A DNA stretch of 64,000 nt from an uncultured delta proteobacterium (lineage in GTDB: Bacteria > Myxococcota_A > Polyangia > Polyangiales > Polyangiaceae), in assembly GCA_963696385.1 (NCBI GenBank), contig CAVOKF010000008.1, positions 160,001-224,000 on the forward strand, in the 5' to 3' direction. This document shows positions 28,450 to 37,828 of this stretch, one piece after another. The translations under genes and the position numbers were made by a program. The notes beneath the pieces are model-generated. The model saw only the letters and a list, made by a program, of their open reading frames with translations, searched no databases and was not told the origin of the DNA. The stretch's first letter is position 1; each line of letters starts with the position of its first letter.

Positions 28450-28612
28450 CTAGAGCACCGAACAGGTCGGCGGACCGAGGATTTCAAGCTTTTTGGGCTC
28501 TCGCAAGGCGCGACGACGAGGCGTGCTGCAGCATGGTGAAGGAGAGCAACGCCGCGAGAGGCGGGGAAGCCGCAGAAAGCCGACGGGACGGGCACGCCCT
28601 GTTCGCAGCGCC
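28450..28612. repeat. Possible MITE-like intergenic element
   Basis: Starts at CTAG; subterminal inverted repeat CGAACAGG (28459) / CCTGTTCG (28598); internal TGCTGCAGCA palindrome. Single copy in the window. Confidence 0.35.
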
Positions 28613-28616
28613 GACA

Positions 28617-30168
28617 TCATGATGCACCCATCTGTCGAGCTCGGGCGATCACGTGCGGCGCCAGATGAAGCGCAAATGCGAAAATACTGATCTGCGGCGG
28701 TCCGCCAAGGCTCGTCGGAAAGAGCGATCCGTCGGCGACGAACAGACCCCGCAGCTGATGGTGCTCGCCCGTCGAACGCACGACGCTCCTCTTCGGATCC
28801 TCCCCCATCGCCATCGTACCCATGGGATGCACGGCGGTGAGCGGCACGGAGTGCGGTCGCAAGCACGACACGTCCACGCGGTCGATCTCGGCGGGGCTCG
28901 ATATCCGGATCGACGGAACGGCCGGAATCGTGACCTCGCGCGCGCCTGCGGCGAGCAACAACCGCGCACACGCCACGAGGCCGAGCGCGAGTTGACGGCG
29001 ATCGCGATCGATCATTTCGTAGCGAATTACCGGACGCCCGTCGGCCCGGACCCGAACTTCGCCGCTCGTCTCGTCGTGGACCATCGCGGTCAGGACGGCG
29101 AGGTTCGGGTACGTGCGCATCGCGGCCATGTGCGCCGCACCGAAGCCCCGCAGCGTCGCCGCGGCGCCGATGGGATGCGCGAAGGCCGTGACGATCCACA
29201 CGCGCCGATCGCTGCCCTCTTCGTGCGACAAATGCTCGGTGCATTCGTAGCTTTGGGGAATTCCGCGCCAGCCCGCGACCGGTTCATCGAACCGCCCAGC
29301 CGCGATCGCCCCGGGGTGCAGCCGAAGACCGCTTCCCAGCCTTGCGTGCGGATCGGGCACGCCGCTGCGGCGCGCCAGAGCCGCGCTGCCGACGGCGCTC
29401 GCCGCCAGAACCACGACCCGCGCGCGCACCTCGACGTCGGCTCTCGGACGACCCTCGGCCGATCGCGCGACCGCTCGGACGCCGGCGATGCTGCGGCCGT
29501 CGTGCATGACGCGAACGGCTTCGACGTCGGCGTACACTCGGGCTCCAGCAGCCAACGCCTGGGGCAGCAGGACCTTCAGGGCGTTCTGCTTGGCGTCGTA
29601 AGCGCACCCGAGCTCGCAGAAGCCGCTCTGGGTGCACCCGACGCGGTTGTGACGAAGCGGACCGCCGCGCCAGCCGAGCGCCGCGCACCCCTTCCGGAGC
29701 CGCTCGTTGTTCTCGTTGCGCATCGGCGCCCCGATCTCGGACACGCTCAGGTCGCGCTCAATCGATTCGAAGGCGGGCCGGAGATCGCCCGGGCCCGCGC
29801 CGACGACCCCGTGTTTGCGGGACCACCGGTCGAGGATTTCGTCGGGGGCTCGTTTGCACAAGTTCGTATTGTGCACCGTGCTGCCGCCGATGCCCTTGCC
29901 CTGGAGGACTCGAATCGCAAAGTCGTCGGTCGTTCGGCCTCCGCCGTCCTGATAGATTTGGTGGAGCATCCGATCCTCGCGCTGGTCGAAGTCGTCCGAC
30001 TTCAGAAAGGCGCCCTCTTCGAGACCCACCACCGAGAGGCCGGCGCGCGCCAGCTCGCGCAACATCGACGGACCCGCCCGCCCCCGTCCCGACCACGACG
30101 GCGTCCGCGTCCAGGATCACCGTGCGCGCTGCCAGATCGCGGCCTCGCACAATCCCGAGATCGTTCAC
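28617..30168 (-). CDS. GMC family FAD oxidoreductase; +1 frameshift near 30066
   Basis: DAVVVGTGAGGS in the upstream frame, then LRELARAG..LEEG, GKGIGGSTVHN, AVHPMGT, LFVADGSLFPTSLGGPPQ. Confidence 0.9.
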
Positions 30169-30728
30169 CACCACCCCCCTGGGGGGCGCGCGACGAACGG
30201 GCCATCGTAGCCCACGATGCGCCAGGTGCGCGGATCGCGGTAGTACCCCATGAACACGAGCGCCTTCAGCCCCTCGAACCCGGCGCGAATCAGATCACTG
30301 GAGGACACCTCGGCCGACGCCAACACTCGGTCCTGATCGAGCGGAGCGAGCCGGGTGAAACGCGATCCCAATCCCACGCCAATCGGTGCCAGATGCTCGA
30401 CATACGCCAGAAAGCGGCCGAGATCGCGGCGAACGCGATCGTCCATACCCGCCACCCACGTGTCCACGAACTCCGCGACCCCGAGGTCGTCGGCGGTCGG
30501 AATGGGCGGTCCGGACGCGCCGTCGCTCGCGGTGATGCGGCGAGCGGCGTGCTCGACCACCACGAACTGCCACGCGCAGAGCGATGCGAGGACCTGTCCG
30601 CGCCGAAGCGTGTATCCGCGGGTGCGCACGACGGCGGCCACCGAGCCGCCGACGAATGCCGAGGCCGCAGCAAACTCGAGGATTCGCCTGCGAGAGAAGG
30701 ACAACGAGCGATCGCGGGACTCTCGCAT
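30165..30728 (-). CDS. Gluconate 2-dehydrogenase subunit 3-like partner protein with Tat-like signal
   Basis: SRRRILEF twin-arginine motif; LGVAEFVD; FTRLAPLDQDRVL; GYY.DPRTWRIVGYDGP; coupled to the GMC gene. Confidence 0.8.
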   Translation of the reverse strand: MRESRDRSLSFSRRRILEFAAASAFVGGSVAAVVRTRGYTLRRGQVLASLCAWQFVVVEHAARRITASDGASGPPIPTADDLGVAEFVDTWVAGMDDRVRRDLGRFLAYVEHLAPIGVGLGSRFTRLAPLDQDRVLASAEVSSSDLIRAGFEGLKALVFMGYYRDPRTWRIVGYDGPFVARPPGGWW

Positions 30729-30763
30729 CGCGCTGCCATCGCATGTATAGCCGAAAGGGCGGC

Positions 30764-31396
30764 GTGCATCTCTTTGGTCTGACCGGCGGCATCGCTTCGG
30801 GTAAGAGCACGGTGGCCGCTCGCTTCCGAGGACACGGCGTGCCGATCATCGACGCCGACGTGCTCGCGCGCGAGGTGGTGGCTCCGGGCACGGCTGGGCT
30901 TCGTGCGGTGGTCGATGCGTTCGGTCCGCAGATGCTTGGATCCGACGGCGCACTCGACCGCAAGAAGCTCGCGAGCGTCGTCTTTTCGGACGAGGCTGCT
31001 CGACAACGCCTCAACGGCATCACCCACCCGCGCATCCTTCTGCGCGCCATGGAGATCGCCACCCAGCTCGACCGCGCGGGCGAACCGCTCGCTTGCTACG
31101 AGGCGGCGCTCATCGTCGAAAACGGCGCAGCCGATCGGTTCCGGCCCCTCGTCGTCGTGTCGTGCGCGAACGACGTCCAGCTAGCGCGCGTGTGCGCTCG
31201 AAGCGGCGGTTCGCGCGACGATGCGCTTGCTCGGATTCGCGCGCAGATGCCCCTTGCCGAGAAGGTCGGTGCGGCGGACTTCGTCATCGATACGAACGGC
31301 TCGATCGACGAATGCGCCCACCAGGCCGATCGGGTGCTTTCCGCGCTATGCCAACGCGTGAAGGTCGACCCCGACCGCTACGGCCTCGCGCCGTGA
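30764..31396 (+). CDS. coaE: Dephospho-CoA kinase
   Basis: GLTGGIASGKST, IDADVLAREVV, LDRKKLA, ITHPRI, RIRAQMP, ADFVIDTNGS. Confidence 0.95.
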   Translation: MHLFGLTGGIASGKSTVAARFRGHGVPIIDADVLAREVVAPGTAGLRAVVDAFGPQMLGSDGALDRKKLASVVFSDEAARQRLNGITHPRILLRAMEIATQLDRAGEPLACYEAALIVENGAADRFRPLVVVSCANDVQLARVCARSGGSRDDALARIRAQMPLAEKVGAADFVIDTNGSIDECAHQADRVLSALCQRVKVDPDRYGLAP

Positions 31397-32091
31397 AAGC
31401 GCACCTCCGAGCCTTCGATCTCGCCGTATCCCGCGATGAGCAGATCGCCGCCGTCGCGGCGGACCCACAGGACGGTCACGTCGCCAAAGAACCGCTCGCC
31501 AGCGGCCTGCGTCACCTCGACGGGCACCCGAACGACCATGTCTCCGGGGCGCATTCCGACCGGGCGACGCGGCGCATCGGGCGCCGACAGGTCGTCCCAG
31601 CTCCAGCGCTCGATTCGCTCAGGTCGGACGAGCTCGAGTCCCGCGAGCCGCGCGTAATCATGGGCCGCGAGCCGCTGCTGCCAGTTCTCGATGACGGAGC
31701 TCCGGCCATGAGCGCCCCCATAAAGGGGCTCGGCATCCGAAGCGAGAAAAACGGCGAGTCCCTCCAACAATCCGCGCTGCCAGGCCGCGAAAAATCGCTC
31801 GACGAACCGCTCGACCGCGGCCCGTGCGATCGGCTCGCGCAGCGAGACGATTCCGCGAGCCCCGCTGCGATCGACCGGATCGGGGCGTGCGGGCGGCGGT
31901 TCGATCACCACCGCGCCAACGCGGCGCACCCTCGGGCGCTGCTCGTCGAGGTCTACGGCAGTGGGCGGGGCCATGGGCCGGCTGCAGCCGGCAGCGCCCG
32001 AGGCAGCGGCGGCGCCGAGAAGGGCGGCAACGAGAACCGATGGGCGGCGGGCGAAGAAATCAAAGAGCTTCGATGCGCGGCTCTTCGTCAC
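31378..32091 (-). CDS. Hypothetical lipoprotein (possible NTF2-like fold)
   Basis: Hydrophobic signal ending AAGC; downstream of the Ntn-hydrolase gene; start uncertain. Confidence 0.55.
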   Translation of the reverse strand: MTKSRASKLFDFFARRPSVLVAALLGAAAASGAAGCSRPMAPPTAVDLDEQRPRVRRVGAVVIEPPPARPDPVDRSGARGIVSLREPIARAAVERFVERFFAAWQRGLLEGLAVFLASDAEPLYGGAHGRSSVIENWQQRLAAHDYARLAGLELVRPERIERWSWDDLSAPDAPRRPVGMRPGDMVVRVPVEVTQAAGERFFGDVTVLWVRRDGGDLLIAGYGEIEGSEVRFHGARP

Positions 32092-32896
32092 GCGACATCG
32101 TGACGATGGCACACTCGGGCACAACCTTCCAGCGTCCGTTCGGCACGGCATCGTCGAAGTCGCTGGCGGCGATCGAGAAGTGAACGCGCGACAGCTCCGG
32201 CACTTTGCGCCGCAGCTGGGAATCGTCGGCGATGACCAGCTCGGCATCGGCCTTTCCGCTGAACGTGCGCAGGCGCATTTCGGCGTCGCTGCGGTGCACG
32301 GCGACAAGGGTGTCCCCGTTGGACACCATCATGTTGAGCTTGCACGCAAGTGCCCCCCCCTCGGCGGTCATCCCATCGACCACGGCGAGGCTCGATCGAA
32401 TCGCATCGAGAATCAGGGGAGCCTCGACAAGGCCGTCATTGAGACGACCCGCATCGTGCAGGAACGAGAGAAAGACGTTGAAGACGACCTCGGCGTCCGT
32501 TTCGCCGCGAATCCCACCGCGCAAGAAGTCCGGGATGCTGGCGACGAGACGCTCGCGAATCTGTTGGAAGTCGAGAACCGTGCCGGTTTGAGCGAAGAGC
32601 CACTGCCGATACCGGAAAGGATGGGTGTTTTCCGTGCGCAGGGCGCCGACGGTGGCGTGCCGCACGTGGCCGATCACCAGATCCGCGCGCACGTCGGCCG
32701 CGAGCCGCGCCACGTCGAGCTCCTGGCGTTCGTCGATGGGCCTTCGGCGCATGAGGACTTCGCCGCCCTGATAGAAGCCCAGCCCCCAGCCAAACGGAGG
32801 ACCGCTCGATCGAGCCCGAAGCGCGTCCGCTTCGAACGCCAGAATTCGAGCCGCAAGGTCTGGACGATTGCCAATGATCCCGAAGAGACGCGCCAT
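32060..32896 (-). CDS. Class II glutamine amidotransferase/EgtC-YafJ-like Ntn hydrolase with Ala in place of the N-terminal Cys
   Basis: MARLFG, GWGLGFY, IGHVRHATVG, ENTHPF, WLFAQTG, GETDAE. Confidence 0.85.
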   Translation of the reverse strand: MARLFGIIGNRPDLAARILAFEADALRARSSGPPFGWGLGFYQGGEVLMRRRPIDERQELDVARLAADVRADLVIGHVRHATVGALRTENTHPFRYRQWLFAQTGTVLDFQQIRERLVASIPDFLRGGIRGETDAEVVFNVFLSFLHDAGRLNDGLVEAPLILDAIRSSLAVVDGMTAEGGALACKLNMMVSNGDTLVAVHRSDAEMRLRTFSGKADAELVIADDSQLRRKVPELSRVHFSIAASDFDDAVPNGRWKVVPECAIVTMSRDEEPRIEAL

Positions 32897-33143
32897 CGTT
32901 GTTCACCCCGACCGCTAGGTCCGTCGATTGGGTCCGGACGGTGACGAAGCGGCCAACATGGCCCAAGAGCCGGCAGGATACCTTCGAAGTACGCGACGAA
33001 ACGGCTGTCGCGCAGTCGCCAGGACGGGCCACAGCCGCAAGCGGTTTGCGCGGCAGCCCGACACACGACGCATACTCATAGGAGTAAGGCCTGGCGCGTC
33101 GATATCAAGGACCACCCTGTCGGGCCGACCCCCGGCAGGCGCC

Positions 33144-33947
33144 TCAGTGCGCTTTGTCCATCGTGTCGGGAATCACGATGAACGGCACGACGTGCTCCTT
33201 CGACTCGAAGCCGGCGCGGTACTGTGCCGCCGCACGCTGGGTGGCGAAAGGACCCACGCGCACACGAAACCATGTCCCCCGGCCGGCTACATGCGCCTCG
33301 ACGACGTACGCTTTGTGGCCACGGGCGCGCAGTTGGCCCGCAAAACTCTCCGCTTCGGTCTGCGACCGAAAACTCGAGACTTGGAGCTGGTAGCCCCCCT
33401 CGTGCCCCGACGGAGCGGCCTCGGTCGAAGCGGGGACCGACGTGATCTGACCGGCCTCGCTGGCGACTTGGGTCAGGGCGTCACGCGGACGCGTCACGAC
33501 GGGCGTCGCCTCGAGAAGCGCCTGGGCCGGAAGCGGAACAACGGGAAGTCGATCGGTCGGCGGAGGCGGACGCGTCGGCCCCAGCGGAGCGGCCGGGAGT
33601 TGACCGCTCGCGGCAGCCGACGGCGTCGCTCCGCTCGCGCGAACCGCGGCCAGCGCGGTGGTCGGGCGACTGTCGTCACTCAGCCTCTGGGGAAATGTCA
33701 CGTCGGCCGGACGAAGGTCGAAGGACCGGGCGTTGGGTCCCTCGTTTCCGGTGCGGTGTGCGACGAGGTCGCCGAGTGGATCGGCCTTTGCGGCGAGCGG
33801 ATGACTGGTGCGTCCACCCAGCGCCAGCCCCCCGAACACCACGCACGCACCCCCCAAGATCAGGAACGTGAGCGTTACGCTTCGCGGCGTCCGCTCGTCT
33901 TCCTCTTGGATTTGGTCGAGGTTGCGAAGTGCGGGCTCGGTGACCAT
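33144..33947 (-). CDS. SPOR-domain cell division/envelope protein (FtsN/DamX-like architecture)
   Basis: N-terminal TM helix, Pro/Ala linker, C-terminal YQLQVSSFRS...WFRVRVGPF; follows argS. Confidence 0.88.
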   Translation of the reverse strand: MVTEPALRNLDQIQEEDERTPRSVTLTFLILGGACVVFGGLALGGRTSHPLAAKADPLGDLVAHRTGNEGPNARSFDLRPADVTFPQRLSDDSRPTTALAAVRASGATPSAAASGQLPAAPLGPTRPPPPTDRLPVVPLPAQALLEATPVVTRPRDALTQVASEAGQITSVPASTEAAPSGHEGGYQLQVSSFRSQTEAESFAGQLRARGHKAYVVEAHVAGRGTWFRVRVGPFATQRAAAQYRAGFESKEHVVPFIVIPDTMDKAH

Positions 33948-33999
33948 CGAACCATGTACGTACCGCGAACGTCCAGCTGAGGCCAAGTTGTGCGTCACA

Positions 34000-34090
34000 A
34001 GGCACGTGGATCACCCTGGTGACAGGCACGTGGATCACACTGGTGACAGGCACGTGGATCACACTGGTGACAGGCACCTGGATCACCCTG
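34000..34090. repeat. 24-bp tandem repeat (3.8 copies) abutting the family-A element
   Basis: AGGCACGTGGATCAC(A/C)CTGGTGAC at 34000, 34024, 34048, partial at 34072. Confidence 0.95.
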
Positions 34091-34206
34091 AGCGCTTCGC
34101 TCCGCCTCGACTCGCTGCGCTCGCTCGGCTCTGCTCTCGCCGAACCGGCACTCGCGACACGTAGAGGGGAGCGCGTGCCGCTCCCCTCTAGCTCCCCAGC
34201 AGGAGC
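34083..34206 (-). repeat. Third, diverged, inverted copy of the family-A element
   Basis: Reverse complement GCTCCTGCTGGGGAGCTAGAGGGGAGCGGCACGCGCTCCCCTCTACGTGTCG...GAGCCGAGCGAGCGCAGCGAGTCGAGGCGGAGCGAAGCGCTCAGGGTGA aligns with 2508-2632. Confidence 0.92.
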
Positions 34207-34268
34207 CGAGAGAGCAGGAGCCGAGAGAGCAGGAGCCGAGAGAGATGCTGTGGCTCCCCAGCAGGAGC
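34198..34268. repeat. 15-bp tandem repeat (x3) plus a duplicated element end
   Basis: AGCAGGAGCCGAGAG x3 from 34198; GCTCCCCAGCAGGAGC repeated at 34253. Confidence 0.9.
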
Positions 34269-34311
34269 TCGCGGAGCCCGACCGCTCTCCTTTCGTCATT
34301 CGGTCCGTACG

Positions 34312-36120
34312 CTAAGCTTCCATGGCGTCGGAGGCTTCGGTCGGGGGACGATCCATGCGTTCGGGGGCGCTTACACCCAGGAGATCGAGCGCGGCAGCGA
34401 ACGTCACGCGAATCGCTTCAATCCAGGCCAGGCGTGCGCGTGTCTTTGTGGCGTCCCACGACGCCTCCCAGCCGTCGCGCAGGCGGGTGCTTTCGCGAGG
34501 CAAGATGGGATCGTCTTCCCCCTTTAGTCGCGTGAAATAACTTTGAAAATGCTGCGCAAGCTCTTGAACATAATACGTAATACGATGGGGCTCACGCAAG
34601 CGCGCGGCTTCGTTCACGACCCCCGGAAAGTCCGCGAGACGATGGCACATCGCGAGCTCGTCGGGATGCCGCAGATCCCTCGTGTCCGCGGTCGACCAGC
34701 CATCGCCGAAGCCGAGCGCCACGGCCTTGCGTTGAATCGAACGGATGCGGGCGTAGCCGTACTGCACATAAAATACGGGGTTGTCGACCGTGTCTTTTTT
34801 GGCGAGTTCGATGTCGAAATCGATGTTCGAATTGGCGCTCCGCGACAGAAAGAAGAAGCGCAAGGCGTCGGCGCCGGCACCCTTTCGGCCCGTGGCCTCG
34901 TCGATTTCATCCATGATCTCGTCGATCGTGACGACATTGCCGGCGCGCTTGCTGCTCTTGACGGCTACGCCGCCTTTCGTGATGAAAACCAGCTGATACA
35001 GGAGCGCTTCGAAACGGTCTTGAGGCAGACCGAGTGCGGTCAACGCATTGCGCACGCGCGCCACGTATCCGTGGTGATCGGCACCGAGGACGTCGATCAA
35101 TCGGTCGTATCCGCGTTCAATTTTGTCCGCGAAGTAGGCGACATCCGACGCGAAATAGGCCCACTCGCCGCTGCTCTTTCGGACGACGCGGTCCTTGTCC
35201 TCGAGCGACCCCTCCGGCGCTTGGAAGAAGACGGCCCCATCCTTGTGCACCAGATGTCCGCCCTCCTCGAGCTTTCGCATGACCGAGGCGATGGCACCCC
35301 AGCGGTACAAGGACTCCTCACTGAACCACACATCGAAGTGCACCCGGATGTCGGCGAGGCTCGGCCGGATGCCCGGCAGCGACCGCGAGCCCGGAACTCC
35401 CCGCAGCATCCAAGAAACGCACGCGCGGCCGAGCGCTTCGGAATCGTCGCCACGAAGGACCGATGGCTCGACCTGGCTCAACCAGGACGCAAGCTCGGCG
35501 ACATAAGCGCCCTTGTAACCGTCGTCAGGAATCGCGCGACCCTCGGCGGCGGCGCGAACGCTTTCGGCGAACGCCCGGACCTGATTGCCACGATCGTTGA
35601 CATAGTATTCGCGCGTGACGCGGTGCCCCGTCGCCTCCAGCAAGCGCGCCACCGAGTCACCGAGAATGGCGTTGCGCCCGCTCGCCACCGTGACGGGTCC
35701 GGTCGGATTTGCGCTGACGAACTCGATGTCGATGCGCTCGCCCGAGGCGGCCGGGGATCGGCCCCAAGCGCGGCCCGCGCGAAGAATCTCCGAGACGACG
35801 TCCTGGAACACGCTGGCGCGAAGACGCATGTTGATGAACCCGGGCCCGGCGACCTCCGCAGATTGAACCACCGCGTCCTCGGCGTCGGCGCGCGCGTTGA
35901 GTGCCGTCGCGATCGCCTCGGCCAGCAGCCGCGGCGGCTTGCCCATGCGCTTGGCCGCGCTCATCGCGACGTTCGTTGTCAGATCCCCATGCTCTGGACG
36001 CTTCGGACGCTCAATGATCACGGCCGCGAGATCGATCACCGGGGACGGCTCGCCGGCGACGAGCACCGATTCGTAGAATGCGGCGACCACGGCGTCGCGA
36101 ACGCGATCGACGAAGCTCAT
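34312..36120 (-). CDS. argS: Arginine--tRNA ligase
   Basis: HGDLTTN, AGPGFIN, EFVSANPTGP, EYYVNDRGNQ, GADHHGY, SKRAG, NPVFYVQY, LGVSAPERM. Confidence 0.97.
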   Translation of the reverse strand: MSFVDRVRDAVVAAFYESVLVAGEPSPVIDLAAVIIERPKRPEHGDLTTNVAMSAAKRMGKPPRLLAEAIATALNARADAEDAVVQSAEVAGPGFINMRLRASVFQDVVSEILRAGRAWGRSPAASGERIDIEFVSANPTGPVTVASGRNAILGDSVARLLEATGHRVTREYYVNDRGNQVRAFAESVRAAAEGRAIPDDGYKGAYVAELASWLSQVEPSVLRGDDSEALGRACVSWMLRGVPGSRSLPGIRPSLADIRVHFDVWFSEESLYRWGAIASVMRKLEEGGHLVHKDGAVFFQAPEGSLEDKDRVVRKSSGEWAYFASDVAYFADKIERGYDRLIDVLGADHHGYVARVRNALTALGLPQDRFEALLYQLVFITKGGVAVKSSKRAGNVVTIDEIMDEIDEATGRKGAGADALRFFFLSRSANSNIDFDIELAKKDTVDNPVFYVQYGYARIRSIQRKAVALGFGDGWSTADTRDLRHPDELAMCHRLADFPGVVNEAARLREPHRITYYVQELAQHFQSYFTRLKGEDDPILPRESTRLRDGWEASWDATKTRARLAWIEAIRVTFAAALDLLGVSAPERMDRPPTEASDAMEA

Positions 36121-36406
36121 TGTCCTCGCTCCTTAGCACCTCGACGCCGGGTGAACACCGCGGCAACCGTTGCCTTTTCGTCGATCGATCGCGGCGGTGG
36201 ACACGCGCGAGCGGTGTCCTGCCGACGGACCGATCGCCGAGGGCGCGGTCTTGGTCGCCGTCCGCCGACGAGTTCGCCTTAGGGCTGAACCCGTCGAGGG
36301 CGGATGGATCGGCCCCCTGGGATCCGCGGTCCGGCAGGCGGGAGCAAAATTGGTCGATCGGCCCCGCTCGTAGTACGAACGCCAGGGTCATGGCGAGACC
36401 GTTCGC

Positions 36407-36814
36407 ATGCGCTTGACCGCCGTCCCGACGGCGGCCGTGGCGATGTGGCTTGCCGGCAGTGCTTGCGGCACCGGCGCCGTGGGCGTCGGCGAGTGCCGCC
36501 AGATTGAGGCCGCGCGCTGTCGGCAGGCGGTGGCCTGCGGCATCTCGATCGAGCCGCCGTATTACAGCTCGGGCACCGACGTTGGAGCCTGCATTCGATT
36601 CTACGACACCGCATGCTTGCACGGTCTCACCGTCGCCGATCCAGGAGCGAGCGCCGTCAACGCCTGCGTGGCCGCCATCGAGAGCGGCGACTGCACGCTG
36701 GTCATCACGCCGGAAACCGGAGCGTGTGCGTGGCTCGCCCCACCGGCTCCCGTGGTCATCCCCGTGCCGGACGCCGCGGAAGATGCCACCGAAGAACCAT
36801 CGGACTCCGACTGA
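36407..36814 (+). CDS. Small Cys-rich putative lipoprotein
   Basis: Hydrophobic signal ending GSAC, eight further Cys, acidic tail. Confidence 0.6.
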   Translation: MRLTAVPTAAVAMWLAGSACGTGAVGVGECRQIEAARCRQAVACGISIEPPYYSSGTDVGACIRFYDTACLHGLTVADPGASAVNACVAAIESGDCTLVITPETGACAWLAPPAPVVIPVPDAAEDATEEPSDSD

Positions 36815-36887
36815 CTCCACATGCCCGGCACGCCGCGCGCTCGAAACAATGGTGATCCGGCGCCTGTCGCTTACATTGGCGGGTCAG

Positions 36888-37778
36888 ATGCTTTCTGCCG
36901 CGATGGTCCTCGCCGCCGGGCTCGGGACGCGGCTTCGTCCATTGACCGAGTGGTGCGCCAAGCCGCTCGTGCCCGTGGGCGATCAACCCGCTTTGGGTCA
37001 CGTCCTCGCGCAGCTGCGCGCGGCGGGCATCGCGCGCCTCGTCGTCAACGCCCATCACCGAATGGCCGACATGCGCGCCTTCGCGAAATCTTCGCCGGAC
37101 ATTTCCGTGTCGGAGGAACCAGACCTGCTCGGAACCGCCGGCGGCGTCGCGCAGGCCGTCGGCCGGTTCGGGGGTGGCGACGTGCTGGTCTACAACGCCG
37201 ACACGTTCGCCCAGATCGATTTGCGCGCTCTCGCCGATGCCCACGCGGGAGAGGGGGAGCGGGCTACGCTCGTCGTCCGAGCCCGCGCCCCCGGGCAGGG
37301 CAGCGTCGGCATGGACGAGAACCTGCGGCTGGTGCGCCTGCGCAACGAGCGCATCCGATCGGAGGCGTACGGGGGCGACTTTCTCGGGGTGCAGGTGATC
37401 GGCGCCTCGCTTCTGCGTCTGCTTCCCACGCGGGGCTGCCTCGTCGGGGACACGTACGTCCATGCCCTGCGTCGCGGGTTCGATCTGCGCGCCTTTTTGC
37501 ATGCCGGGCCCTCTTTCGACATCGGCACGCCGCGCGGTTACCTCGATGCGAACCTGGCTTGGCTGGCCGCGCGCGGCACCGGCCATTGGGCGGGCGCAGA
37601 CGCGAAGATCGATCCGCACGTCGCCATCGCCGAGACGATCGTGGGTGCGGGCGCGGCGGTGAGTGGCCGGGGCGCGATCTCTCGCTGCGTCGTATGGCCC
37701 GGCGCAACGGCGCGAGCACCGATGGCCGACGCCGTGGTCACGATCGACGACGTGGTGCTTGTCCGCGAGGACCGCTGA
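36888..37778 (+). CDS. Sugar-phosphate nucleotidyltransferase (mannose-1-P guanylyltransferase/MurU-like)
   Basis: AMVLAAGLGTRLRPLT...KPL, VVNAHH, LLGTAGGV, YNAD, DIGTP; short C-terminal beta-helix-like repeats. Confidence 0.88.
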   Translation: MLSAAMVLAAGLGTRLRPLTEWCAKPLVPVGDQPALGHVLAQLRAAGIARLVVNAHHRMADMRAFAKSSPDISVSEEPDLLGTAGGVAQAVGRFGGGDVLVYNADTFAQIDLRALADAHAGEGERATLVVRARAPGQGSVGMDENLRLVRLRNERIRSEAYGGDFLGVQVIGASLLRLLPTRGCLVGDTYVHALRRGFDLRAFLHAGPSFDIGTPRGYLDANLAWLAARGTGHWAGADAKIDPHVAIAETIVGAGAAVSGRGAISRCVVWPGATARAPMADAVVTIDDVVLVREDR

Positions 37779-37828
37779 GAGAGGCGAACGCGGCCGCGGT
37801 CGTGCTCCCGTCGAACCGCAGGTTCCCT

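Noticed and set aside
32897..33143. Small gene or ncRNA between the SPOR and Ntn-hydrolase genes
   Set aside because: No convincing ORF, RBS or recognisable RNA motif.
34000..34090. 24-bp repeats as a CRISPR array
   Set aside because: Units are head-to-tail with no unique spacers, and no cas genes are in the window.
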